A DNA stretch of 64,000 bases from Neoconidiobolus thromboides FSU 785 (lineage: Eukaryota; Fungi; Entomophthoromycota). Below, piece by piece: positions 63,972 to 64,000 of the stretch. Within the stretch, counting starts at the first letter, position 1; each line of letters begins with the position of its first letter. The notes beneath the pieces were generated by a model, which was not told the origin of the DNA, searched no databases, and worked only from the letters and a program-made list of their open reading frames with translations. Position numbers and translations under genes: made by a program. The stretch is taken from the NCBI GenBank assembly GCA_025603075.1, contig MU626365.1, positions 1-64,000 on the forward strand, in the 5' to 3' direction.

Positions 63972-64000
63972 CTATTTTTTCAAAGTTAGTGAATAGGTAA

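Overview
Very AT-rich eukaryotic (fungal) genomic DNA with many short GT-AG introns of roughly 40-60 nt. Gene content (trypsin, fungalysin, F-box relic, N/K/I-rich proteins) suggests an early-diverging fungus, possibly Entomophthoromycotina (inference only). Tight blocks of housekeeping genes (NUF2; MON1-RPF2-PalC-like-HOS2; ProRS-DBP7; OSGIN-like-COY1-GPI17-RAD23; ERG12-RPN2; aminotransferase-MAT2B-like-PBS2) alternate with AT-rich islands. The islands hold 8 tRNA genes (4 identical Asn-GTT, 3 identical Lys-TTT, 1 Ile-AAT), secreted proteases, a C2H2 gene, a three-copy CsbD/LEA-like cluster and about 19 copies of a ~97-bp MITE. The MITE has GGG termini and 4-bp AWWT target duplications (Sola-like). 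A separate 145-bp CACTA-ended foldback sits inside the CsbD cluster. Multi-exon gene spans were assembled by eye. No prokaryote-type system (CRISPR, operon) is supported.
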